Notes: a model not told the origin generated them from the sequence alone. A DNA stretch of 64,000 bases from Acidimicrobiia bacterium (GCA_041747375.1 JBGTFH010000003.1:8324-72323); one strand, 5' to 3'; positions 1-10,520 are shown, numbered from the stretch's first letter. Numbers and translations: made by a program.

Positions 1-363
1 TCGGGTGCTGACAGTTCCTCGTTGCACGCATTCAACCAGGAGCGGTTTCAGCGAGACGGAGTCGAGTACATCCGCTTTGAGATCCATCCCCGGAAGAGGA
101 GCAAGAAAGGGGCTCTCCAGTGTGAGAGCGAAGTGGTCATGGATCGCAAGGTCCGAAACCCAGGTGGGCGGAGCGAGTTGCGACCTGTGATATCGACACC
201 CGTTGTCCTCAACGGTGTCACGATCAGGGCGTTGATCAACCTCACTGAGCGAGATGAGATGAGTTTCCGTATGCTCATCGGGAGAAGAACCATGCGTGGA
301 CGATTCCTGGTGAATCCGGGACGAAGTTACCTCGGAGCCAAACCGGAGACGAAGAACCAGTAA
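1..363 (+). CDS. RimB-like retropepsin/'ATP-dependent zinc protease' family protein (COG4067/DUF785-like), 5'-truncated at window edge
   Basis: Frame is open from base 1 and stops at TAA 361-363, which overlaps the rimK ATG (taATG). The C-terminal motif '[11 protein letters not shown]' and its position directly upstream of rimK match the RimA/B/K arrangement. Confidence 0.45.
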   Translation, partial: SGADSSSLHAFNQERFQRDGVEYIRFEIHPRKRSKKGALQCESEVVMDRKVRNPGGRSELRPVISTPVVLNGVTIRALINLTERDEMSFRMLIGRRTMRGRFLVNPGRSYLGAKPETKNQ

Positions 364-1262
364 TGAAAATTGCGATCCTGTCACGAAACAGCCACCTCTA
401 CTCGACCAGGAGACTGAAGGAAGCTGCACTCGAGCGAGGCCACGAGGTAGCGGTCGTCGACTACCTCCGTTGCTACATGGATATCACCGCACGGCGGCCA
501 AAGGTCTTGTTTCGGGGTGAGGAAGTTCGGCCTGACGCCGTGATTCCCCGGATCGGGGCGACGTACACGTTTTACGGCACCGCAGTCGTCCGCCAGTTCG
601 AAATGGCCGAGGTCTTTACCGCGGTGAGTTCGCAAGGTATCAGCCGATCTCGCGACAAACTCCGCTCCATGCAGCTGTTGTCCCGTGCCGGTGTGGGACT
701 GCCAACAACTTCCTTTGCGCATTCGACACATGACGTGGCCGGTGTTCTCGACGTGGTCGGCGGGGCCCCGGTCGTCGTCAAGCTTCTCGAGGGCACTCAG
801 GGCCTCGGGGTGGTTCTGGCCGAGACCAAGAAGGCGGCCGAGTCGGTCATCGGTGCCTTCCGACAACTCGACGCCAATATCCTCGTGCAACAGTTCATCA
901 AGGAAGCCGGGGGTGCCGACATCCGGGCATTCGTCGTCGATGGCAAAGTGGTGGCCGCGATGAAACGCCAGGGGGCACCGGGGGAATTCCGGTCCAACCT
1001 CCACCAGGGGGGCAGTGCCGAGGTGATCAAGCTCAACGCCAAGGAACGCGCCACTGCAATACGCGCTGCCAAAACCATGGAGCTCGACATCGCCGGTGTC
1101 GACATGATCCAGTCCGAGGAGGGCCCTATGGTCCTCGAGGTCAACTCGTCCCCGGGCCTGGAGGGAATCGAAACGGCCAGCCACAAAGATGTCGCCGGAG
1201 AGATCATTGAATTCATAGAGGGAAACGCCGAGTTGAGAGGCTCCCGGCGTTCAGATGGTTGA
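363..1262 (+). CDS. rimK: ribosomal protein S6--L-glutamate ligase RimK (ATP-grasp)
   Basis: 299 aa starting MKIAILSRN...; ATP-grasp motifs and an RimK-like N-terminus. Confidence 0.85.
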   Translation: MKIAILSRNSHLYSTRRLKEAALERGHEVAVVDYLRCYMDITARRPKVLFRGEEVRPDAVIPRIGATYTFYGTAVVRQFEMAEVFTAVSSQGISRSRDKLRSMQLLSRAGVGLPTTSFAHSTHDVAGVLDVVGGAPVVVKLLEGTQGLGVVLAETKKAAESVIGAFRQLDANILVQQFIKEAGGADIRAFVVDGKVVAAMKRQGAPGEFRSNLHQGGSAEVIKLNAKERATAIRAAKTMELDIAGVDMIQSEEGPMVLEVNSSPGLEGIETASHKDVAGEIIEFIEGNAELRGSRRSDG

Positions 1263-2223
1263 AGTCCGCAATGAACCGATCCAGATTGGCAACACTGTCG
1301 TCGCACCGGGCCGGAAAGTCAGGATCGAGCTCCCTTTTGCCACACTTTCCACAGGTTCCACCGCATCGCTGCCTGTCGCCGTCATCAACGGCAGGAGTAC
1401 CGGGCCCAATGTGTGGATTTCGGGGGCGATCCACGGCGACGAGGTGAACGGCGTGGAAATCGTGAGGCGGGTGATGAAGCAACTCGACGCCAGGAGTCTC
1501 AGGGGCGCGATGATTGCAGTGCCTATCGTCAACCCCCTCGGCTTTATCCACCAGTCGAGATATATGCCCGACCGACGCGACCTCAACAGGTCATTCCCCG
1601 GTTCGGCCCGAGGTTCATCCGCATCGCGTTTGGCGCATCTCTTCATGACAGAGATCGTGGACAAGTGCGCGGTCGGCATCGATTGCCATACCGCCACCGG
1701 ACACCGGACAAATGTCCCACACATCAGAACGGATACCGATGATCCGGAGACGCTGTCTCTGGCGCGGGCCTTTGGCGCACAATTCATCATTCATGCTCGA
1801 CTCCGTGACGGATCGTTGCGGGAGGCAGCAACGAGGCGAGGGATCAAGATGCTGCTGCTCGAGGCCGGAGAGGCCCACCGATTCAATGACGAAGCGATCA
1901 GCGTTGGTGTAAACGGCATTTTACGGGCGCTGCGTTCTCTGGGGATGATCGAGGGCCGTTTGCCTCGGGGCAAACCCACCCGGGTCATCCGAAAGACGCG
2001 TTGGGTCCGGGCCCGGCGGGGTGGGATCGTGAAGGTGTTCTCCAAGCTCTCCGAGCGCATCGAGGAGGGCGACATCGTCGCCGAGATATCCGATGCCTTC
2101 GGTTATAGGCCTACGTCCGTTCGGGCAACCGCAACCGGGTGGGCTATTGGACGCTCGCTCAATCCACAAGTCAACCCGGGTGACGCCCTGGTCAATATCG
2201 GGGTAGACCCCGAGAGCGAATAG
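1255..2223 (+). CDS. succinylglutamate desuccinylase/aspartoacylase (AstE/AspA) family zinc hydrolase
   Basis: 322 aa; His/Glu metal-ligand pattern (HGDEVNG ... H). It overlaps the rimK stop, and this family is a common rimK neighbour. Confidence 0.7.
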   Translation: MVEVRNEPIQIGNTVVAPGRKVRIELPFATLSTGSTASLPVAVINGRSTGPNVWISGAIHGDEVNGVEIVRRVMKQLDARSLRGAMIAVPIVNPLGFIHQSRYMPDRRDLNRSFPGSARGSSASRLAHLFMTEIVDKCAVGIDCHTATGHRTNVPHIRTDTDDPETLSLARAFGAQFIIHARLRDGSLREAATRRGIKMLLLEAGEAHRFNDEAISVGVNGILRALRSLGMIEGRLPRGKPTRVIRKTRWVRARRGGIVKVFSKLSERIEEGDIVAEISDAFGYRPTSVRATATGWAIGRSLNPQVNPGDALVNIGVDPESE

Positions 2224-2225
2224 CC

Positions 2226-2489
2226 CTAGGACGCTTTTCTGATCTCTTCCATCCAACGACGTCGTATGCCGCGACGCTCCTTGGGGGTATGCCCACCCCA
2301 GATTCCTTCGGTCTGATTGGTTTCAATCGCCCAGGTGAGACACTCGGCGGCTACGGGACAGGTGGCACAAATGGCCTTGGCCCGGGAAACCCCGACCAGG
2401 TCGGTCGGGTCGGGAAAGAAGGAGACTTCGTTGGTCACGGCAACACAGGCGGCTGAATCCCGCCAGGGCTCGGCTACTAATTGGATCAT
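2226..2489 (-). CDS. WhiB-family (Wbl) Fe-S transcriptional regulator
   Basis: 87 aa; four Cys (C..C..C..C) plus the GIWGG turn and a basic C-terminus typical of WhiB-like proteins. Confidence 0.8.
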   Translation of the reverse strand: MIQLVAEPWRDSAACVAVTNEVSFFPDPTDLVGVSRAKAICATCPVAAECLTWAIETNQTEGIWGGHTPKERRGIRRRWMEEIRKAS

Positions 2490-2583
2490 TTCAACACCAA
2501 TCTTGAGGTGATACAGGTAAACGCAACGTCAATTCGTTTCGTTCCCGATTCTTGGATTGGATAAACCGCAAAATACTGCGGAT

Positions 2584-3780
2584 TTATCCCAACTCGGCCC
2601 TCGCCACCGATCGGCGGTGCACTTCATCGGGACCGTCGGCGATCTGGAGCCATCTTCCCATCGAATACAACTGGGCCAGGGGGAAGTCTTCGGTGAATCC
2701 CGCGGCGCCGAACAGCTGCATTGCCCGGTCGGCCACGTAGACGAGCAACTCGGGAGCGGCCACCTTGATCGCAGCAATCTCGGTGCGAGCAGCCTTGGTG
2801 CCCATCGAATCGATCATCCATGCGGTCTTGAGCACAAGGAGACGGGTCTGCTCAATCCGAATCCTCGCGTTGGCGATCCACTCGCGGATCACACCTTGCT
2901 CGGCAAGTGGCTTGCCAAATGTGACCCGTTCTTTGGACCGGCTCACCATGAGGTCGAGGCACCGTTCGGCGGCACCTATCGCCCTCATGCAATGGTGAAT
3001 TCGGCCCGGGCCCAAGCGAGCCTGGGCAATGGAGAAGCCGCCGCCATCTTCGCCGAGCAGGTTGGAGGCGGGCACCCTGACATCGGAGAACTCGATCTCG
3101 GGGTGACCGCCACGGTCCTGGTAACCAAACACCGTCGGTTCTCGGACGATGGATACGCCGGGAGTCTCCATCGGGACCAGGATCATCGACTGCCTTCGGT
3201 GAGGTTCGCCGTCGGGGTTGGTCACACCCATCACTATCGAAACCTTGCATCGGGGCGACGCTGCCCCTGAGGAGAACCATTTCCGACCGTTGATGACGTA
3301 TTCGTCATCCACCCGTCGCATCTCCGTCTGGATGTTGGTGGCGTCCGAACTCGCCACGGCGGGTTCGGTCATCGAGAAACACGAGCGTATCTCCCCGTCG
3401 AGGAGCGGAGCAAGCCACTGCTCTTTTTGTTCGGGCGTACCGAACATATGAAGGATCTCCATATTCCCAGTGTCCGGAGCCGCGCAGTTGATGGCTTCGG
3501 GTGCTATCGAGGGACTCCAGCCAGTGACCTCCGCGAGCGGGGCATATTCCAAGACAGAGAGTCCGGCCCCCGCCTCTTCGTCGGGAAGAAACAGATTCCA
3601 CAAGCCGAGAGAGCGCGCCGATGCCTTGAGATCATCCAGGATCGGAGGGTAGAAGTGGGGGTCCCCCGACTCTTCCATCTGGGACCGGTAAACCGCCTCA
3701 GCCGGAAAGACATCCGAATCCATGAATCCGCGTAGGACCCCCTGTAGCTCCACAACTCGATCGCTGTATGAGAAATCCAT
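2584..3780 (-). CDS. acyl-CoA dehydrogenase
   Basis: ACAD-like motifs. The likely start is the internal Met 'MDFSYSDRV' (ATG at 3780-3778); the 45-aa N-terminal extension in the ORF track is Arg-rich junk. Confidence 0.8.
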   Translation of the reverse strand: MDFSYSDRVVELQGVLRGFMDSDVFPAEAVYRSQMEESGDPHFYPPILDDLKASARSLGLWNLFLPDEEAGAGLSVLEYAPLAEVTGWSPSIAPEAINCAAPDTGNMEILHMFGTPEQKEQWLAPLLDGEIRSCFSMTEPAVASSDATNIQTEMRRVDDEYVINGRKWFSSGAASPRCKVSIVMGVTNPDGEPHRRQSMILVPMETPGVSIVREPTVFGYQDRGGHPEIEFSDVRVPASNLLGEDGGGFSIAQARLGPGRIHHCMRAIGAAERCLDLMVSRSKERVTFGKPLAEQGVIREWIANARIRIEQTRLLVLKTAWMIDSMGTKAARTEIAAIKVAAPELLVYVADRAMQLFGAAGFTEDFPLAQLYSMGRWLQIADGPDEVHRRSVARAELG

Positions 3781-3790
3781 GGTCGAAACG

Positions 3791-4552
3791 CTAGCTGTCG
3801 GGTTCCGCCGTCGGGTCGTCAACCACGTCGACCCACTCGACCGGTGACTCTTCGGGTGCAGGGTCCAATGTCGGGGCATTGAAATCGAAAACCGGCATAC
3901 TCGCCGGCTGTTCAAGGCCCCGTCCCCGGGTGAGCTCCCCCCAAAGCAGCCACCCCGAAATCAGGGCCACGAAGATGAGTCGAAACCTGATGGCGACGAT
4001 GAGCGAAATGGCGGCCATGGCGAGAAAGGTGATATTGGCGATCTTCTCGCCGCTCCGGGGGGCGATCTTCTCCAACAGCGAGGTGAACAGGTGGCCGCCG
4101 TCGAGGGGACGGATTGGTAGCCAGTTGAGGAGTCCCCAGAAGACATTTACCAGAATCAGATTCTCCAATCCGAAGGACACCACGGGCGAATAGGGGCCGA
4201 ATTGAGTCGAAACCGCCCAGACCACTGCGCCAAAGAGCAGCCCCACGGCAGATCCGGCCGCGGCAATCAAAGCGCGCCGACCCGGCCCGATTTCGGTCTC
4301 CGGAATGGTCCATGACGTGAGGCCACCAATCCCGTTGAGTTCGATCGCAACGTCTGACCCGTAGTGCCGGGCCGTCAAGGCATGACCTAATTCGTGGATC
4401 AGTATCGAAACGAAGATGACCCCGACCCAGATCAGCACCAGGTCGAGACGATTCGACTGCAAGCCGAGAAGGGCTGCAATCAGCAGAAAGGATGGTCGGA
4501 CCTCGACCGGGATCCGAAACAGGCTGAATTTCACATCCTCATGATGGCGCAT
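3791..4552 (-). CDS. site-2 protease family (M50) zinc metalloprotease
   Basis: HELGHAL zinc motif plus multiple TM segments. The start is taken at 'MRHHEDV' (ATG 4552-4550) rather than the Arg-rich upstream extension. Confidence 0.7.
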   Translation of the reverse strand: MRHHEDVKFSLFRIPVEVRPSFLLIAALLGLQSNRLDLVLIWVGVIFVSILIHELGHALTARHYGSDVAIELNGIGGLTSWTIPETEIGPGRRALIAAAGSAVGLLFGAVVWAVSTQFGPYSPVVSFGLENLILVNVFWGLLNWLPIRPLDGGHLFTSLLEKIAPRSGEKIANITFLAMAAISLIVAIRFRLIFVALISGWLLWGELTRGRGLEQPASMPVFDFNAPTLDPAPEESPVEWVDVVDDPTAEPDS

Positions 4553-4594
4553 CCGGGGAGATTCGCGAGTCCGTGTACCCGTTAATCTGGTCCG

Positions 4595-5944
4595 ATGCCA
4601 TATGACACCCTGAGAAACGCAGTCTCCGCCGACATGCCCCGCCTTCGCTCCGTGCTCGAGGACCTCGTCCGAATCCCTTCCATCAGCGCCCCAGGATTCG
4701 ACCGGGCGGATGTCAAACGAGCGGCCGAACACATTGTCGATCTTCTCGATGCCTCCGGCTACTCCGACGCCCGGCTATTGGAAGTCGATAGTGGTAATCC
4801 CGCCGTCTTTGCCGAGAAGCCGGCACCGGAAGGGGCACCGACGATTCTTCTCTATGCCCATTACGACGTGCAACCGCCCGGCCCTGCCCACGAATGGGAG
4901 ACCGGGCCTTTTGAGCCGTTCGAGAAAGACGGTCGCATCTACGGCCGTGGTGTGTCAGACGACAAGGCGGGGATAGTCATGCACCTCGGTGCTGTGGCCG
5001 CCCACGGCGACAAGCTGCCCGTGGGTGTCCAGGTCTTCTTCGAGGGCGAGGAAGAGGCAGGGTCGGAATCGCTCGAAGAAATCCTCAACAAGTACTCCGA
5101 TCTCCTCCATCCCGACGTGATCGTCATCGGGGACGGGGGAAACTGGGCGGTCGGTGTACCTGCTTTCCTCACCTCGCTCCGGGGTCTGGCGGCAGTAACG
5201 ATCGAAGTGCGAACGCTCAACTCTGCGGTGCACTCGGGTCAGATGGGCGGTGTGTTCCCCGATGCTCTGACAGCAATGGTCAGGCTCCTTGCCACCCTTC
5301 ACGACGACGAAGGCAATGTAGCCATCCCGGGCCTGGTGAGTGAAGAGGTCGAGGGGCTCGACGTTCCTGAAGCCCTGGCCCGACATCTGGCCGGAGTTGT
5401 CGACGGCGTGGAGGAAATCGGGACCGGGTCGATACCGTCCCGACTGTGGACCAGGCCAGCGGTGTCGATACTGGCCCTCGACGCTCCCGCTGTGAGCGAG
5501 GCCATCAACCAGTTGGTGCCCGTGGCCCGGGCCAAAGTGAGTATGAGGATTGCACCGGGGGAGAACTCTGTCGCCGCCCTGCAGAAACTAAAAGACCATC
5601 TGGTGGCAAATGCCCCCTGGGGGACGACGGTTGAATTCATTCACTCAGAAAGTGGAGAAGCCTCGACCCTCGACACCGACAACGAGACGGTGGCAGCGTG
5701 GAGCGAAGCCTTCAAAGAGGCATACGGGACCGACCCCGTTCATATGGGCGCTGGTGGTTCGATCCCATTCATTGCCACTTTTGCCGAGATGTTCCCGGAA
5801 GCCCCCATCCTGGTCATTGGATGTGGCGACCCGTTGTCAGCGATCCACGCACCCAATGAGAGCCAGGACATCGCCGATGTCGAAAAAGCGACCCTCGCCG
5901 AAGCAATCGCCTTCTCGATGCTGGCTGAAGTCTCCTCGAGCTGA
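4595..5944 (+). CDS. M20/M25/M40 family dipeptidase
   Basis: 449 aa; peptidase M20 metal-binding residues (HYDVQP, GVSDDK, EGEEE). Confidence 0.8.
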   Translation: MPYDTLRNAVSADMPRLRSVLEDLVRIPSISAPGFDRADVKRAAEHIVDLLDASGYSDARLLEVDSGNPAVFAEKPAPEGAPTILLYAHYDVQPPGPAHEWETGPFEPFEKDGRIYGRGVSDDKAGIVMHLGAVAAHGDKLPVGVQVFFEGEEEAGSESLEEILNKYSDLLHPDVIVIGDGGNWAVGVPAFLTSLRGLAAVTIEVRTLNSAVHSGQMGGVFPDALTAMVRLLATLHDDEGNVAIPGLVSEEVEGLDVPEALARHLAGVVDGVEEIGTGSIPSRLWTRPAVSILALDAPAVSEAINQLVPVARAKVSMRIAPGENSVAALQKLKDHLVANAPWGTTVEFIHSESGEASTLDTDNETVAAWSEAFKEAYGTDPVHMGAGGSIPFIATFAEMFPEAPILVIGCGDPLSAIHAPNESQDIADVEKATLAEAIAFSMLAEVSSS

Positions 5945-6180
5945 GGCAAGACCATTTTCTCCCCCGGATCGTCTCGGCTAAGCCGAGACGCATCGACAGG
6001 GGGGAGTGGGACCGTCCCCTTGAAGGGGACGGTCTCGAGGGGGGATTTGAAACCGTGCCGAAACCTTGGATACGGTTTCGCGACTACCTCAAGACCCCCT
6101 TCCCCCTGCGCCTCGGCTGCGCCGAGTCACGGGGACTTCCCCCAAAGGGGGAAGAAGCCTTTCTCCCCCTTGAAATCAGC
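5945..6180. repeat. cluster of at least four GC-rich hairpins between convergent genes, extending into the trmL 3' end
   Basis: Perfect palindromes are cgtctcggc-taa-gccgagacg; gaccgtcccctt-gaaggggacggtc; cgaaaccgt-N15-acggtttcg; ctcggc-tgc-gccgag; and cttccccc-aaa-gggggaag. The last one encodes the trmL C-terminus. Confidence 0.6.
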
Positions 6181-6621
6181 CTGCCGCCAGGCCTCGTATA
6201 CGACTATTGCGATCGAGTTGGACAGGTTGATCGATCTGACATCGGGCACCATCGGGATTCGGACCCGCTCGGTGACCCACGATTGATGCTGGATGTCGTC
6301 GGGCAGGCCCACCGACTCAGGCCCGAACAACATGGTGTCCCCGGGGGCGAATTCCACGTCTGTGTAGCGGCTTTCACCACTGACGGTAAGTGCGAAAACC
6401 CGTTGCGGTCGCGCCGATTCTCGCCAGGACTCAACGTCGGGATGGACGGTGACGGTTGCCTTGTCCCGGTAGTCCATACCGGCCCTTTTCAGCTTGGCAT
6501 CGTCCATATCAAAACCGAGTGGCTCGATGAGATGCAGCTGACAACCGGTCACCGCGGCCAAACGCATCGCATTGCCGGTGTTCGGAGGTATCTCGGGGTG
6601 ATAGATGACGATCGAAAACAT
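6127..6621 (-). CDS. trmL: tRNA (cytidine/uridine-2'-O-)-methyltransferase TrmL (SpoU family)
   Basis: 164 aa; the SpoU/TrmL knot fold shows up in the [17 protein letters not shown]...GPES motifs. Confidence 0.8.
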   Translation of the reverse strand: MFSIVIYHPEIPPNTGNAMRLAAVTGCQLHLIEPLGFDMDDAKLKRAGMDYRDKATVTVHPDVESWRESARPQRVFALTVSGESRYTDVEFAPGDTMLFGPESVGLPDDIQHQSWVTERVRIPMVPDVRSINLSNSIAIVVYEAWRQADFKGEKGFFPLWGKSP

Positions 6622-7289
6622 CAGCGCAGGTCGAAGAGTCGCATCTCGGTGTCCTCGATTTCCCGGAGTCCGTCGTAGTCGACCTCGATGGCGTGGATTC
6701 CCCGGGCTTCGGCGAGCACACGAGCCTGGGGTGCTATCTGCTGGGCCGCAAAAACACCCCGTACCGGTCTGAGACGGGAATCGAGATTGAGACGCTCCAG
6801 ATACCTGGCGAGTTGTTCGACACCATCGATGTCACCCCTTCGTTTTATCTCGACCGCCACGGTTTCGCCTTCCGGGGATGAGCAAAGCAAGTCGACCGGA
6901 CCGATATCGGTCGGATATTCTCGGCGGATCAAGCTGAGGCCGGCCTCCAACACCCACGGTTTGTCGGCGAGAAGAATCTGGAGGTGTTCCTCGACGCCGT
7001 CTTTGACCAACCCTGGATCATCGCCCAATTCGTGCGTGACATCCTCGAAGACCTCGGCGATCGAAATGATCAGCTCCTCACCCTTTTTGTTGGTGACTAC
7101 CCAGCGCTCGTCTTCGGTGACGAGGCTGTTCGGTGCCACCATCCAATTCAAGGGTTTCGACGCGTTGCCGTCGGAGTGGATCGCCAGGGTCCCGTCGGCC
7201 TTGACCATGATCAGGCGGATGGCCTCTGGGAGATGTGCCGTCAACCGCCCCGAGTAATCGACGGTGCACCGGGCGATGACGAGACGCAT
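6621..7289 (-). CDS. nucS: endonuclease NucS (EndoMS), mismatch-specific
   Basis: 222 aa starting [16 protein letters not shown], with a C-terminal RecB-like nuclease domain. This is a typical actinobacterial NucS. Confidence 0.85.
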   Translation of the reverse strand: MRLVIARCTVDYSGRLTAHLPEAIRLIMVKADGTLAIHSDGNASKPLNWMVAPNSLVTEDERWVVTNKKGEELIISIAEVFEDVTHELGDDPGLVKDGVEEHLQILLADKPWVLEAGLSLIRREYPTDIGPVDLLCSSPEGETVAVEIKRRGDIDGVEQLARYLERLNLDSRLRPVRGVFAAQQIAPQARVLAEARGIHAIEVDYDGLREIEDTEMRLFDLR

Positions 7290-7298
7290 CCGGTCAGA

Positions 7299-7718
7299 CT
7301 AACTCTCGTCCAGGTCTCCGGACTTCGTGGGACGGGAGAAGACGAACCAGATTGCATAGATCCAGACGAGGGCGAGGATCGTGCGGAGAATGCGGCCTTC
7401 GATGAGAAAAAACACCGAAGCACCGAGAGAAAGGGTGATGGCGACTGCAGCAGACCATTTCATCTTCACAGTCAGTCCATCCGAGTAGGCGGTGACCATC
7501 TTCCCGAAGTGCTTGTGGTTGACCAGCCAGTTGTGCAGGGTGTCTGAGGAACGGGCGAAGAAGAACGCCGCCAGAATGACAAAGTCAAAGGTCGGCACAC
7601 CAGGGAGGAAACTGATCGCGGCGAATCCGAGGCAAATCAAACCCAACACGAGATAGATCCCGCGTAGGGCGAGACTCCTCGGCTTTCGGGTCATTGCCGG
7701 CTCCAACGACGTTGCCAT
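7299..7718 (-). CDS. DUF454/YbaN-family inner membrane protein
   Basis: 139 aa with four TM segments and YbaN-like sequence. Confidence 0.6.
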   Translation of the reverse strand: MATSLEPAMTRKPRSLALRGIYLVLGLICLGFAAISFLPGVPTFDFVILAAFFFARSSDTLHNWLVNHKHFGKMVTAYSDGLTVKMKWSAAVAITLSLGASVFFLIEGRILRTILALVWIYAIWFVFSRPTKSGDLDES

Positions 7719-7817
7719 TGCTCAGAAAGTATCGGGCAGCTCATCCGACAGCCAGTCGGAAAACGCCACACCCCAATCCGACATTCGGTTCCTGGCGCAA
7801 GGTCTTAGTATTTCGTC

Positions 7818-8846
7818 GTGCCAATCGCGTCGCCAGACAAATACCAGCAGATGTTAGACGGCGCCCGCTCCGCCAAATTTGCCCTTCCGGCGATCAACGT
7901 AACGTCGTCGAGCACAATGCTCGCCGCGATGGAGGGCTTCGCCGAAGCCCAATCCGACGGAATCATCCAGATCTCATATGGTGGTGCCGAATTTGCATCA
8001 GGCCAGTCCAACAAGTCGATGGCGGTCGGCGCCGCTGCACTCGCCGAGTTCGGGCACACCGTGGCCGCACAGTACCCGGTCAATTTCGCACTTCACACCG
8101 ACCATTGCCCAGCCGACAGGGTCGACGGTTTCATACGTCCCCTCATCGAGATGAGCCGGGCAGGATTCGAGAATCGGGGCGCACCGATGTTTCAGAGCCA
8201 CATGCTCGATGCATCCGAGCTCCCGATGGAGGAAAACCTGACCCTCGCCTCTGAGCTCCTGGAGAAGTGCGCCGGGTTGAGCATCATCCTCGAGCTGGAG
8301 ATCGGCATCGTCGGCGGTGTCGAGGATGCCAGCGACAACACCGATATCGACCGGTCCAAGCTATACACCTCACCGGCAGACATGGTGCGCGTCTCCGAGG
8401 TGCTGGGGACCTTTGACCGTGGCCAGTATTTGCTAGCGGCGGTATTCGGCAACGTCCATGGTGTCTACAAGCCTGGTTCGGTGAGCCTCGACCCCAAGAT
8501 CCTTCGCGACGGTCAGGAAGCGGTGGCCGCAAAGTTTGGTGAATCGGCCCGCCATTACCTGGTGTTCCACGGCGGAAGCGGATCATCCCTCGAAGAGATC
8601 CATGAGACTCTCGAATACGGTGTGATCAAGATGAACGTCGACACCGACTGCCAGTACGCGTACACCCGTCCAATTGTCGACCACATGTACTCGAACTACG
8701 CCGGAGTGCTGAAAGTCGACGGTGAGGTCGGCGATAAGAAGACCTACGACCCCCGGTCGTATCTGAAGAAGGCCGAGACCGGGATGGCGAACCGGGTCGT
8801 AGAGGCATGTGTGAACCTCAAGTCGGATGGAAAGACCATCGGCTGA
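7818..8846 (+). CDS. fba: class II fructose-bisphosphate aldolase
   Basis: 342 aa with a GTG start; Fba class II motifs (MLDGARSAKFALPAINV...HTDHC...). Confidence 0.85.
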   Translation: MPIASPDKYQQMLDGARSAKFALPAINVTSSSTMLAAMEGFAEAQSDGIIQISYGGAEFASGQSNKSMAVGAAALAEFGHTVAAQYPVNFALHTDHCPADRVDGFIRPLIEMSRAGFENRGAPMFQSHMLDASELPMEENLTLASELLEKCAGLSIILELEIGIVGGVEDASDNTDIDRSKLYTSPADMVRVSEVLGTFDRGQYLLAAVFGNVHGVYKPGSVSLDPKILRDGQEAVAAKFGESARHYLVFHGGSGSSLEEIHETLEYGVIKMNVDTDCQYAYTRPIVDHMYSNYAGVLKVDGEVGDKKTYDPRSYLKKAETGMANRVVEACVNLKSDGKTIG

Positions 8847-10212
8847 GCTGATGGAGCCGAGCTACGAAACCTGGGCGACGTCCGATCGCTTCCTGCCGAA
8901 GACGTTTGCCCGGCCATTCATCAGATTCACCCGAGTCGAGGCCTCATCGGGAATCGTCCTCCTCGCTGCAGCAATTGTCGCCATGATCTGGGCCAATTCC
9001 GCCTTTTCGGAGACCTATTTCTCGATCCTGGAGACGCATCTCACCATCGAACTGGGAGGCTTCCACTTCGACGAGTCGGTGCTCCACCTCATCAACGACG
9101 GCCTGATGGCCATATTCTTTTTCGTGGTTGGGCTGGAGATCAAACGAGAACTCGTTCTCGGAGATCTGCGCGATCGAAAGGCCGCAGCCCTTCCGGTGAT
9201 GGCGGCACTCGGCGGGATGATCGTCCCCGCACTCATCTATTTCGCTCTCAATGCCGGCACCGATGCGGCTCACGGCTGGGGGATCCCGATGGCCACGGAT
9301 ATCGCGTTCGCCGTAGGTGTGGTTGCCTTATTGGGAAGCAGGGTCCCGCCGGGAGCCAAGTTGTTCCTGTTGGCCCTCGCCATCGCCGATGACATCGGCG
9401 CCATATCCGTCATTGCAGTCTTCTACACGAGCGAACTCCACATCGGCTACTTCGCCCTCGCCATTGCGGGTCTGGCGGCGGTGTGGGTGGCGCAACGGTC
9501 GCGGGTTCGGGCACTCATCTTCTACATTCCGCTGGCAATTTTGATCTGGTTCTTCACTCTGGAATCCGGTGTCCATGCCACTCTGGCGGGAGTCGCTCTG
9601 GGATTCCTCACCCCGGCACACCCGTATTTCAAGCCGCGTGAGTTTGATATCCGGGCAAGGGGAATCCTCGATCAGTTTCCACTCGAGGCAGAGTCTCCCG
9701 CCGCTCAGGAACGGGCCGAACACGAGGTTATCTCAATGATCGCCACAGCCCAGGAGTCGATCTCGCCGCTGAGCCGGATGGAGGAGAACCTGGTGAGCTG
9801 GAGCTCATACGTCATCGTTCCGCTTTTCGCTCTCGCCAACGCCGGTGTCGATTTCCGCGGCACGTCGATCAATGAAACAGCGACTTCGGCGATCGCGCTG
9901 GGGGTTGCACTGGGCTTGATCGTCGGCAAGATGGTCGGGATCTCGCTCTTTACGTTTATCGCCGTTCGCTCCGGAATGGGAAGACTCCCTCAGGGAACGG
10001 GGTGGAATCACATCATCGGGCTTTCGGCCGTTGCCGGTATCGGGTTCACCGTGTCGTTGTTCGTCGCCGGTCTCGCGTTCGTTGACCCCCACCAGATCGA
10101 ACTGGCAAAGGTGGGAATTTTCATCGGGTCCTTTATCTCCGGTGTGCTTGGAGCCTTGATCCTCTCCCGGGCGCGAAAGGCCGGCCCGACCGCCTCCACG
10201 ACAACTTCATGA
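8827..10212 (+). CDS. nhaA: Na+/H+ antiporter NhaA
   Basis: 461 aa; the N-terminus aligns to E. coli NhaA (...ASGGIILIIAAILAMIMANS). The start could instead be Met9 at 8851, which would avoid overlapping fba. Confidence 0.85.
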   Translation: MERPSAELMEPSYETWATSDRFLPKTFARPFIRFTRVEASSGIVLLAAAIVAMIWANSAFSETYFSILETHLTIELGGFHFDESVLHLINDGLMAIFFFVVGLEIKRELVLGDLRDRKAAALPVMAALGGMIVPALIYFALNAGTDAAHGWGIPMATDIAFAVGVVALLGSRVPPGAKLFLLALAIADDIGAISVIAVFYTSELHIGYFALAIAGLAAVWVAQRSRVRALIFYIPLAILIWFFTLESGVHATLAGVALGFLTPAHPYFKPREFDIRARGILDQFPLEAESPAAQERAEHEVISMIATAQESISPLSRMEENLVSWSSYVIVPLFALANAGVDFRGTSINETATSAIALGVALGLIVGKMVGISLFTFIAVRSGMGRLPQGTGWNHIIGLSAVAGIGFTVSLFVAGLAFVDPHQIELAKVGIFIGSFISGVLGALILSRARKAGPTASTTTS

Positions 10213-10430
10213 GGAACCCGCCAACGGAATACTCATGTATCGAATGCGAGGGTACCGCCCATCTCATCAGCTTTCTCCCTCTTGACGGAGAGGTGGAAGA
10301 TGGAACCCCGCTTGCCTATCGGTGTTCGGACTGCAACGACCGATTCGATGTCATCTGGGAACCCGGCGATGGTGACCCTCTAGATTCTAGCGAGGTAGCG
10401 GGGCACCGTCCCCATGAGTCACATTCTTGA
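10209..10430 (+). CDS. small zinc-ribbon protein (CxxC...CxxC), hypothetical
   Basis: 73 aa; its ATG overlaps the nhaA TGA (ATGA); it carries two CxxC pairs. Confidence 0.35.
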   Translation: MRNPPTEYSCIECEGTAHLISFLPLDGEVEDGTPLAYRCSDCNDRFDVIWEPGDGDPLDSSEVAGHRPHESHS

Positions 10431-10498
10431 TCGCCAAAGACCGATGAGTGCCCGCATGTATCCCAGCGTAGAACCCGAGAGAGGTTCACGGCGGGGGT

Positions 10499-10516
10499 GC
10501 GGGGGTCGTCCCCCGC
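10499..10516. terminator. GC hairpin between convergent genes (gcggggg-tcgt-cccccgc)
   Basis: Perfect 7-bp inverted repeat preceded by a duplicated gcgggggt. Confidence 0.4.
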
Positions 10517-10520
10517 ATAA

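Noticed and set aside
381-1306. Long ORFs antisense to rimK (381..1184, 797..1306) and similar antisense ORFs throughout, for example 24717..26126 inside ctaD, 41079..41615 inside nadE, 60341..60913 inside the thiolase gene
   Set aside because: High-GC genomes produce long stop-free antisense frames. These have Arg/Pro/Ser-rich, low-complexity translations and always lie opposite a gene with clear family motifs.
2226-2489. Four-Cys small protein as a ferredoxin
   Set aside because: The Cys spacing and the GIWGG/basic C-terminus fit WhiB-like regulators rather than ferredoxins.
2490-2583. Possible tRNA or riboswitch in this and other 60-180 bp intergenic gaps (2490-2583, 7719-7817, 16072-16125, 16723-16787, 49504-49583)
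   Set aside because: Scanning by eye found no cloverleaf-compatible acceptor/T-arm pattern and no recognisable riboswitch consensus. These look like ordinary promoter or terminator spacers.
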